Assembly: GCA_012026655.1 (NCBI GenBank)
Contig: JAAILG010001215.1
Coordinates: forward strand, 1 to 64,000
Length of the DNA stretch: 64,000 nt
Source of the DNA: Hydrolagus affinis
Lineage: Eukaryota
Direction of reading: 5' to 3'
How positions within the stretch are numbered: position 1 is the stretch's first letter; every line of letters starts with the position of its first letter. Of this stretch, positions 11,244 through 21,677 are shown piece after piece. The notes under the pieces are model-generated. The model searched no databases. It saw only the letters and a program-made list of their open reading frames with translations, and had not been told where the DNA came from. The position numbers were made by a program, and so were the translations under genes.

Positions 11244-12124
11244 CCGACAGCAGCTGATGAAATGCTCTTTAGAGATAGATGTAAAAATGCAACATTTCAT
11301 AATAGATTACTTGTGAAATATGCACTATTTTTCACTCCATATGTTTCTGAAATGATGAGAGACAAAATAAGAAATATTTGCAGATGGATTTGTATCCTAT
11401 GTATGTATATTTACAGAGTGACAGGAAAAGTCATGATACCATTACAATATATCATTACATTACATAAGAAATCTAAAAGAAATGATGATACACATTTTTT
11501 AGATGATAGGATAGATATCACAACTTTTTGGTCACCTATGTTTAAAGTTAACCGTCCAGACCTTCACTGATCTCCTCCTGGAAACCAAGAACCTGCTACT
11601 GGTGCAGTGGCTTCATGGAAGTCAAAATCAGATTGGAATCAAAGTTGAGTTTCAGAAAATTATTCTAAATCACAATCTTGCTGTATATTGCTCTGGGTAG
11701 ACTACATTTATAATACAGTACTTTATAGAATTCTATTTGATGTGACAAAAGATGCCTGCTTAAGCCAAAATAATAACCTTCTGGAAGAAGGTTGATAACC
11801 AGTGGTAGAGAAATGAATTGTGAATAACAACTAAATAAAGTAGGGCAAGGACACAACATTAGTGATTCTGAATTGGTTGATACATTTACAGCTTATTCTC
11901 CCCATGAGTATATAATGTTTTAATGTATATACTGATAGCCAAGGTTCAGAAATTTACAATCATCCTACTGATGGTCTTGGGCTGGGATAGGCGAATGTTG
12001 TTTGATAAGTGACTGTTGTTTAACTTATTTGAAAGTGGAGACTTGAGGATAAATAAATATTCCCATCAATCCAGGAATCCAGCAAATGACTGAATTACCT
12101 GTAGAAAAATATACCAAGTACAAA

Positions 12125-12620
12125 ATCAACAATAACAGCAGTTTGCATTTATATAGAGTCCTTCATGTGGGATAGCATCCTGGAATGCTGACAGCGGTGG
12201 AGTTTGACAATGAGCCAGGGGGAGAGGAAGTGGTGAGGTGACCAAAAGCACAATCAAAAAAGAGATCTTTAGGCGGAATTTGAAGGTGGGGAGGGAGAGG
12301 ATCATTCCCACAATTTACAAAAGGCTGGCTGTGTCCTTGCTCGGACAAGTGACTAATGGAAGGGAAGGAGGACTGCGCTTTCAGATAATTTATGTACAGT
12401 TCAGATTTTTATTATAATAATGATGATAATGATAATCCTCGCATTGGTATAGTGCTTTTCACATCAGGAGCACATCTCAAAGCAACTTCATAGGATTACG
12501 GTAACAAAACAACTTGCAATTATTTAGTGTCCTTTATCGGGGACAGAGTCTCAGATGCTTAACAGTAGTCTAACGCTGAGCCAGGGGGAGGGTGGAGGGT
12601 GGAGGTGACTGTAAGTGTGT
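12125..12620 (-). mobile_element. Cluster of L2/SINE 3' tail fragments
   Basis: Three stacked minus-strand tails beginning near 12125, 12420 and 12503; FKFRLKISF. Confidence 0.65.
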
Positions 12621-12854
12621 AAAAAAATAAAGGAAGGAAATGGGCCATGTGATCTGATGACTCACACTAATGCCAATTATTACATCAAGTACTCTATTTC
12701 CCCTCCCCTTAATTTCATATTTCACAAAGGACCATAATATTCGAGCCACTCAAAGTCCTGATGCATGAAAATACATTGAGGTAAATGTCCTCCTTGCTAA
12801 CCTGCTCCTGTAAAATGGAATATATAGATTACAGGTTGACAGGACTAGCTCTTT

Positions 12855-12940
12855 TGCCTGTTTGCTGTTTGGAGTTGCCATGGATACCTACTTACATTAC
12901 TTCTGTCAGTAAACAAGCCGGATTCCTGACAGAACCACGC
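12855..12940. promoter_or_regulatory. Candidate enhancer: RFX X-box plus forkhead plus inverted TGACAG sites
   Basis: GTTGCCATGGATAC 12874-12887; GTAAACAA 12909-12916; ttctgtcag/ctgacagaa 12901-12934. Motif match only. Confidence 0.4.
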
Positions 12941-13942
12941 TGTGATTGCAATACTGCACCGGGCTTTAAATAAATAGTGTCCGCCTCCTGCACTCATAAT
13001 ATTCAAAGAAGAAACAAATAAAGCTTTCAGCCAAATATCTTTGATGTTGCATATTTGAATTGTTTAATTAAAAAGAGAATGATTCACAAACTCTTGAGTT
13101 TTCGATCGGATGAATTAAGCTGCTGGAGTGAAACTCCACATATGTCATGCAACCACATATTAGGGACTGTGGGATGTGCTTCAGCAGTGTCCCAGATTTT
13201 GATTAACTAATAGCAAAACTATCTGAATAAAAAAAAATGTTTCCTCATTCAATTTTTGTTCTCTTCTCTCCCGAAGGTGTTGACACATGTTGGGGGTACT
13301 AATGTGTTTTTCCTGGAGCCAATTTAAAAATATATATACTGTATTAGCAATTTAGGGCTAAAATATAACAATGAATACAGTATCAGTAGGTTATTCAAGT
13401 GGGTGTTGGACATATCATGGCCAATCGATTCTGCCTCAACGTCCAAACTAGATCTTCTACCAGGATACAATAATAATCAGAGGTCCAAAATTTTGCCCGG
13501 TTCTTGTCAGTGAGAACATTCTGGCTGAAAATGTAAGATTTCATAATATTGTGGAAAATACTTGAGTTCAGCAACAACAAAATTACATTTATAGAGGGTC
13601 TTTCACGTCAGGAGGACATTCCAAGATGCTGAAATAATCCTTGCATTGGGTATAGTGCCTTTCACATCAGAAGGATATCTCAAAGCGCTTCACAGGATAT
13701 ACTGTGCAGTCTACTGATATAAAGTGATGTTTTAACTGCTAATCCAGGAGTAGTACTAGAAGTTGTCAGTATCAACCTGGAAGCTAGTTCTTTTTAAGAA
13801 CTCTGGAAAACCAGCTTCCAAATTAAAACCGAATTTAAGAATTTTCAAGCTAAATCTAGGTGGAATTTCAGGCCTCTGGGGGAAATCCCTGACTAGATAT
13901 TGCTTGCCTTGCTAATGACACTGGGGCTAACTCGTGTCTCAG

Positions 13943-14010
13943 TAGCTAACTCAGCATAGAATGGGATTCAATCCTGGAACATTGTGTGTCTGTATTGCTC
14001 AATATCTCAC
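13943..14010 (-). mobile_element. AmnSINE2-like ancient SINE, head fragment
   Basis: agctaactcagcatagaatgggattcaatcctggaac...tctgtattgctca resembles the recalled AmnSINE2-type head in reverse. Confidence 0.45.
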
Positions 14011-14774
14011 TGGGAAGTGAGTCATCTTACAAGCTGAGGAGAGAACCATCCAAGTGTAAGTCATTTTACATTGATCAAATACAACTGAATTTTTGATGGG
14101 ACTGGGTACAGTTACACTGATATTAAAAAAAGAGAATAAGAAATATTATTCTTGCTGTTAGTAATGTATATGCATTAGGAGTTCTGAATATCACAAAACT
14201 GAAAATGTTTGTTTTAATTTTAGTCAGCTGCTGCATAAAATGCTGCTGGATCATTGAAGGAATATTGTTGCATGGGAACTGGCCATTTAGACCATCAAGG
14301 CTGCATTAATGTTTTTTTCCACATGAGCAATTTTATCTGATCCAATCCCACTTCCCGCTTGCTCCTCATACCTTTTAATCTTTCTATTTATCAAGTCTCT
14401 ATCTAATTCCCTTTCAAAATAATTTATGGCCTTCGCTTCAATAATGCTTTTGAGGGCAGAGAATTACACATTCCAATCTATTTCTATGTAAAGAGCTTTT
14501 TTTCTACTGTTCCCTTTACTACTTTTTGTAGACCTTTTAGATCTTAATTTAAAGGAGTAGATGTTCTTAATATAAAATTACTCCTGAAGAACTTTAAAAA
14601 AAAATTCCAATATTTTATTTATTTCTAAACTGTTGTGCTAAATTTCCCTCAACCTGTTTGATCCCTGGTCCCTCTGATCTATTTCCTGCTCAGGTAAAAT
14701 GTACATTACCTTGAGGAGTGCAAGCAACTGTCCCAGCTATAATGTGCTCAGTTACTGAGTAAATCAGCTTGAAG

Positions 14775-15167
14775 GTCAGCTGGCTCAATTGGTAGCACTC
14801 TCACCTTTGAGTCAGAAGGTTGTGCGTTCAATGTACTTGGATCTCCTGTCTACGCTGATACTCTGGTGCTGTGCTGGGGGGTGTGCTACATTGCCAGAGA
14901 TGCCATCCTTCACATGAAGCATTACACTGAGGCCCCATCTGCCTGCTCAGGTGGATGTTAAGGAGTCCATGACACGACTTGAAAAGAGAAAAGAGTTCCT
15001 CCAGGGTTCTGACCAACAACCCAACATTGCTGTGGGCAACCTGGCTGCCACGTGTGCCCAGACAAAAAAAAACAGTCACTGCAATTTACAGTAAAATTCT
15101 GTGAAGTGCTTTGAGACATCTTCCTGTTCTGAAAGACACCATACCAAATGTATGGGTTATTATTATT
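14775..15167 (+). mobile_element. DeuSINE (SacSINE1-like), near full length
   Basis: ggctcaattggtagcactctcacctttgagtcagaaggttgtgcgttcaa head; gaggccccatctgcctgctcaggtggatg Deu segment; ATT tail. Confidence 0.82.
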
Positions 15168-16569
15168 CCAGTGCCTTGAGATGCTCCCCTGATGTGAAAA
15201 GAGCATTATAAATGTTATATTTGGGGTAGTTCCAGGAGTAGTTCTAGAAGTTGTTATTATTGCTTTTTAGGTAGTGGTAATTTATTTTTAAATCTTAAAT
15301 TTTGTGTTTTATATGGTCGGAATTGCAGTACTTGTGATTTTACTGGTATAGCTGCTAAATGAAGCCATACTGCTTTAAGCCCACTTCTGCTTTCATGCTA
15401 TCATGATTTCACATGAATGCCGGGAGGAAAGCCCACACATGAGGAATGTTAAAATAGACAATCTCTTTCTTTTAGATTTGCCCTAATTACATAACCACTG
15501 GAGAAAATAAACAGTTCAAGAAGGAAAACCACAGAAAAAAATTATTAAGCAGTCCCAGTGCTGTCAGAGAAGGGAGTCTGCATATTTTTGCAGAAGTATA
15601 GGAATTACTAAAGGACACAGAGTACCAGTGCTGCATTGCCTTTGAGATGCCTATCGGCTATATTGACTCAGGCTAGTGTAGCGTTAACATTTTTATAAAA
15701 ATTCCATTGCTGCAATTTGTCACATTGCATTAATGGGGGCTTGTCATCATAACACTGAGGCCCTGAAACCCTCTGGCAGCACCAATAGGTGGGGGAAAGC
15801 AATATTAATATGGGCCTTTGTTTGAGAGGTATCAGTGAGGCCTTAGTGTGGCATATCAGGACTATAGCTTGGTATTAATTCTGAACAATTTTAATAATGG
15901 TAAATATTTTAAAACAATAATAATTTAACAATAACTAGTGTTACATCCAGTACTGAACTTAAATAGCTGTCGTACTTATTGACATATTAATAAACTGTAC
16001 AAATAACATTATTCACTGATAAATATACAGTAACTAGTCTTTACGGTTCACACTTAAGCACTCAGACGCACTATCCTGCATGAAGGACGCTGTATAAATG
16101 TACAAATGTTGTACAAACAAATGCTGTTGTATATGGTAAAATCCACTGAAGTACTTTGAAATATTCTCCCGACATGACAGGCACATTATGGAATGCAAAG
16201 TTTATTTTATTATTATTTATTAAATTAAAAACAATTTAATAAATGAATTAAAGACAAAACGGTATTTTTCACGCAGTGGATGCATTTCCAAGTTTTTGTC
16301 ACTGCTGTGATTTTACTGTCTGTATGTGGCTATGGTTTTACAGCCTGGTCAACATGAAATTCATGTTCGTAATGATTTTGGGACACCTATAGACACTTTA
16401 ATGTACTAAAGGTGCTCACACACATCAAGAACATTTCCAAGGGATTGTTGCTTTCAGGCAGTTTTAGATTGATTAGAAGCAAGTAGTCTGCAGTGAGTGA
16501 GTATATTTTTTTTATTGTGTCACTAATTTTATTACCAGCTTTTAGCCCTCTTTTTCAGATAATGTTGTC

Positions 16570-16862
16570 ACCTTCTCCATTCCTAAAGGTGTTCTTCTAC
16601 CAGGTGTAATTTCAAGGATGCCAGAAGGCCTCTAGTACCTTCTCCAAGTAATTGCTCTTTGTGTGTGTGTGTGTACTCTGAGAGTGAGTGTTGGTGGGTT
16701 ATTAACTATGAGAGAGGAGGGGATGAAGGAGGGGACAATTTTCAATAGCATCCATTGGTTTGCCAGTAAAAGCAGGAACCCTGGCTGATTTGTCCCTTAC
16801 CAAGTCCAGTGTACTGAAAAAAATGGTAGTACCTCTTCTGTTGACCCAGCTGTAATCAGTTA
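16570..16862 (-). mobile_element. AmnSINE2-like ancient SINE body
   Basis: agtgagtgttggtgggttatt and gcaggaaccctggctgattt match the recalled consensus in reverse. Confidence 0.5.
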
Positions 16863-16863
16863 A

Positions 16864-17602
16864 AACAACAACATTACACTTGTATAGCGCCTTTTAAGTC
16901 AGGAGGACGTCCCAAGGCACTGGACAGTCATTGTTTCATACAGAGGCGCTTTTAAAACTTCAAACTACTTGGTGCAATTTTCTTAGGGAGCCCGTCACTG
17001 ATGGTAAGTTTAATAAGTGCGCATGCGCAGGTTAATAAGTGCACATGCGCAATTTTATTTTATGCAAAAATTAACTTTTGGCGGGTGCGATGCCTCTTCA
17101 GGCGGACCGCCTGCTCCACCGGGCTGGGGGAGCTCTGGTTTTCACTATATTTCAAAAAAGACAAGAGAACAGCACACTCAAATCCTCCCATTTCGATTTT
17201 TTTTTGCATTACTTTGGGGCAAAACGAGAGGCCCACTGGTGCGTTGCACCGATTGCACCGACATTAAATACGTCTCTGGTTTCAGACCTGAGCTGGGGTC
17301 GGGGGCGGGGCGGGTGGAGGACAAAGGAGAGGATTTGTGGTGACCAATGGGACCATCGAAGAGGAGAGTCTGGAGGCTGGACTTGAAGGAGGCCAGGGAG
17401 GGGCGAGGTGGAAGGACTACGGGATGGAGTTCCAGAGGTTGGGGGCAGTGGCTGAAGGCTCACCCGCCGATGGTGGGGTGGGTGGGTCAGGGCACTTGGA
17501 GCAGGCCAGAGCCTGTTGAGTGGAGTGGGCGGGCATGTTGGTAAGGGATTATGAGGTCGCAGATGTAGAGTTGGCCAAGGCCATAGGGGACTTTGAATGT
17601 GA
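16864..17602 (-). mobile_element. L2 LINE 3' fragment split by a hAT MITE
   Basis: Tail at 16864-16940; the element resumes at 17279 (gtttcagacctgagctgggg...gaattcc-like gagttccagagg). Confidence 0.85.
16941..17278. mobile_element. Non-autonomous hAT-type DNA transposon (338 bp)
   Basis: TIRs cagaggcgcttttaa / ttaaatacgtctctg (12/15); 8-bp TSD gtttcata / gtttcaga; subterminal ggtgcaa/ttgcacc repeats. Confidence 0.85.
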
Positions 17603-17834
17603 GCCAGACATGGAATTAAATGTGTAATTCCCTTGTCAGAATGAATTGTTCGTTTTTGTTAGTCAGCTACATGCTGAACCCCATCATGATGGACTGGAGG
17701 AATGCATCTTGTTTACCTAATTCCGAAGAATATTAGTCTCAGGCTAACAAGAGCCATGGCTTGGAGACCACACTGTGTATGTTGAGGTAATGCTGGAATC
17801 TAACCAGCTGAACCACATAGTGTGTCATTGAGAG

Positions 17835-18062
17835 CACTGCCTGGCAAGGTTTCCCATTTCTTGTCCAGCTAGATCCACCCTATCTGTTAGGGCTTTGGCT
17901 TGCAGGGTGAAGAGGAGCCAAATGGGAAGAGTCCCGGCCCACAGTCTGCCCCTCCAAGTCGTGTTGATGATCCAGACGGGCTGGTCTGTCACCAGACAAC
18001 CCTGAAGTACAGTGAACCCACCTGGCTCAGGAATTAGACTATCAAGACCACACAGAGGGTTG
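17835..18062. repeat. Unclassified dispersed repeat, copy 1 of 3
   Basis: Core cactgcctggcaaggtttcccatttcttgtccagct...gggctttggcttgcagggtgaagaggag aligns by eye with 41584 and 54930. Confidence 0.7.
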
Positions 18063-18433
18063 ATTCAATTCCGACACTTATTTTGTCAAACACAAGATCT
18101 TGGAACCAGTTCAGTTCTGAGGATGACCTGGTGGTGCTTTTACCCATGTTGAAGGATGTCCTCCCGATGTGAAAGGTGTTCTATAAATGTAATGTTGTTG
18201 AATTTTGTTGTTTTGTTTAGGACTCTACAGCAAGTGCCCTACCCATCTTAATAGCCCCCCCGACAGTTTTCCAGTCACTAAAACTGCCTAGGTCACTGAA
18301 GTGACTGCAGACTTTTTTAGGAGGCATTTTGTAACTTCTTGACTGGAAATCAGTTAAGATCACCAAAGGTTTACCACGTGAGAAATCACAATGTGAAGTA
18401 TGGCCTAACACGTGAGAAATCACAGCATATATA

Positions 18434-18930
18434 TAATCCTTTCATTTGATATAGTGCCTTATCACATCTTCAAGACGTCTCAAAGTCCTGTCCTGGAGGC
18501 CTGTAGTTCAGTGGTTAGACCACTCATCTTACAAACGAGAAACCTGGGTTCAATTACAAGAAAAGCAAAACCTTGGGCAAGTTTCCTTATTCCACATACC
18601 TAATAATAATCCCTCTCAAAAAAATACTGTAAATTGGTCATTTTCAATCCATGACTGTTTTTGGGATACTGCACAGTTGGTTGTCATGTTTTGCCCACAT
18701 ATACAGTATACACTACAGACAATTCACTTCACAGTATATTCTGTGAAGCACTTTGAGACGTCTAGAATACGTGAAAAGCGCTATATCTAATGTAAGGAAT
18801 ATCATTATTGTTAAAGTGCTTCACAGATTACACTGCAAATTGTAGTGATTGGATATTTTGTGGGTGAAACACGGCAGTCAATTGCTCCCAGCAATGTCTC
18901 ACAAAGAGTCATGGATAGAGTGACAAAATT
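18434..18930 (-). mobile_element. SINE 3' half, split by an opposite-strand SINE
   Basis: Tail at 18434-18486 continues at 18813 (aaagtgcttcacag); aaagt is duplicated at both junctions. Confidence 0.75.
18495..18810 (+). mobile_element. tRNA-derived SINE, short variant
   Basis: cctgtagttcagtggttagac head through gaaaagcgctatatctaatgtaagg tail. Confidence 0.88.
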
Positions 18931-21573
18931 ATCTTTATTTATTTGGAAGGAATTATTACCATTCCTCCAATAATCTCAACAGTCTTTCTAGTACCAAAGA
19001 TCCAATATGGGAATTGAAAGGCATCATTATTTACTTTTAATTTGAACGTGTTGCATGGAATTAGAAAATGCTTCTATAATGTTCACTACGAGTGAGTTCT
19101 GATTGCTGGGTGTGGAATGATGCACAGTGCTGCAAGCTAAACGTGTGTTACTGTACATCAGAAGTTCAAAATCTGTAGTACGGAACTTGAATCATTTGAA
19201 TGTCTAGCAATCTTTCAATGAATGATCCCTATTTGTTTTCAAACTGGTGAGTTTTCTGAAATAGTGCTGCAGTTTTGAATAAACAGTAAGTGAAGTTCAT
19301 GATGTATTATGTAAATGAAGATTACATTTTTTGACTTTAAGATTTACAGAACTCTGCAAGAAAAATATTTAAAATGTCAATGTGCCTCTCCTCTCCATAT
19401 ACTGTACAATCAAACCAAGTCAATTTGAGATTCATAGTTTGTTACAAATACCAATTCCACTGGAACTGTAGTATTGGTCCATATTTTGAAATACTGTATA
19501 TGTGAAATTTGCAGCATTTCATAATTATCACAAGGAACACATTATGAAAAGCTGCATATTTACATCAAGTGATTACCCCATTTGTATGGCCTTTTATACT
19601 CCGATGGATTTATTTTGAATTAAATGCATGGGAAGGTTGGGTGATCTCTCAGCCAAAAATAGAATGTTTTGCGGTGCAGAATGACAGAGCTGGGACAAAG
19701 AATTTTAAAACTGGGTCAGTTGCTCTGTTCTTTAAAAAGATAATTACAGTATAAGGTTTCAGTTTTAGTTCTGCATGTGGTAAGGAAACAGAGCTTAACA
19801 TTCCAACTGTGATTTTTAAAAGGCATTTTCCTTTGTTTAGACTTTATGCAGTGTAACAAAATTGGCACCGTAATCCCTGCTCAGTGCTACTTTACGTTCA
19901 GCGTTTGGTCAAGCTGACCCTCTGAATTCAATTCTTTGTCCCTAATAAAGGAAGGTGCAGTCACTGAAGTAAAGTGAGTTGAGGTATAAGAGGTCTATGG
20001 AGGATCACAGAATAGTAGGTTATGTTTTTAATAATCCTCAATCTAGGCAGATCAAAAGAAATCAAATAGTTAACTTTATTATACACAGAGTTATGAAGAC
20101 AACACACTTTAGAGCAAACTGGGTGACACAGAATTTAGTCCTCATGTGAGAAAAACCCTAATAGTTCACTCATAATATTGTCAGCTTCGAGTTGTCAGCT
20201 CTTGGGCATAATCATGAAATAATTTTTGATTTCTAGTTTACAATTAAAATGTCCTCTATTTCCCCTTTACTGTCAGCATTCACAACAATCACTAACTGGT
20301 AACAGCTCATCAGTACAGGCATTTTCTGCTGGGAATTACTCGGACAAGGCTTAATTACACCAAAGAATATAAGAATACTGTAAGATGAAAATGTAACAAA
20401 GCTTGTGCAGGGGGAAACATTATCCCGGAAGGAAAATCTATAATTTCTCCATATTTTAAATGATTAAAATTGAATTAATTGTTTGAAAGTTTCTGATTCA
20501 CTCCAGTCACTGAGAAGTTCCAAATCTCAACTAATGAGATCATTTCAGTAACTATACACACCTCTACATGTCTATGCACCAATTTATACTGGTAAGGATA
20601 TGATCATTTTTAGTGGTTTATTTGTAGTGACAATTTTAGACGTGTGGAAATTTTTTTTTACTCACAAGAAATAATGATTTAATATTTAGAGTTTTTACTT
20701 TAACATATAATTTCCACTTTCAGATTCCCTCACTGAAGTGTGAGAATGCAAGTTTGCCGTTTTATTGTTCCTTCAGTTCCAACCTCAAATCAAGCCCAGT
20801 CTGCAAAAGGTTAATTCAATGAAAGAGAAAGCTCCCTAATAATTTACATAATAATGTCACTGGTGTGCTGTGACAGCTGCATCTCAAGGAAGAGACAGGC
20901 TGAAGTCTCTGTACTCAGAATTTTTAATATTCGAAGAAATTATTTAAGGACATTGGTAAAGAGTTGCCATTTATCTGGATGATACCAAAGGAAAAGGTTA
21001 GAGAGGGAACAGAATAATATCCTTGGAAAAAATATATAGATGCAAATTTGAAGTAAAGTGACAAATGTTTTTTTCACTTTGAGTCAAATTATTCCAGCAT
21101 ATCTTCCGTGCAGTCTTAACTCCACAGTTTCAACTGCAGAATCAGATTTAGGATGTTTACACAAACATATTTTCGAAACCTTCCTGTTTCACCTAAAGCG
21201 AGCTTGATGCTGAGCAAATTGAGAAATCTGCATTTTAAATAGTGCATTTTAATTCTTTTGAATTTTTTTGAACACACAGTAATAAATCTTCCCTTAACTT
21301 TAATTTATGGGATTTTCTTTGTATTTTCTAAGATATAGTTCACCAAGAAGCAGCAGAGGTGAAACTAATTCAGTCCAGTGACTTTCTACTGAGAGCCCCT
21401 CACAGGGCCTCAATAAAATATGCAGGGTGTGTGAGAAATAGTTTTACACATATTAGGCCTAAGGCCCAGTTTATTGTAGTCAGGAACAAAACTGTACATA
21501 TTATTCTTTGTACACATTATCTGCTGAATGGCTTTATAACTCTATAGCAGAATCGATGCTTTGTTTGTCCTCA

Positions 21574-21677
21574 CAAAATGGCGGCGGACTCTTGCATGTA
21601 AACCAGCAAATGGCTTTCTTTAGTTTTCACACGGCACTGTGAATCCTGAGTGTCGCTTGGATTATTTACATGCAAAT
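21574..21677. promoter_or_regulatory. Candidate conserved non-coding element: YY1 site plus inverted octamer-like pair
   Basis: CAAAATGGCGGC 21574-21585; TTGCATGTAAA 21592-21602 and its exact reverse complement 21665-21675; ATGCAAAT 21670-21677. Confidence 0.45.

Noticed and set aside
18116-18145. ctgaggatgacc-tggt-ggt as a hammerhead-like core
   Set aside because: The required GAAA after stem II is missing. Other CTGATGA words (11254, 12654, 30470) also lack it.
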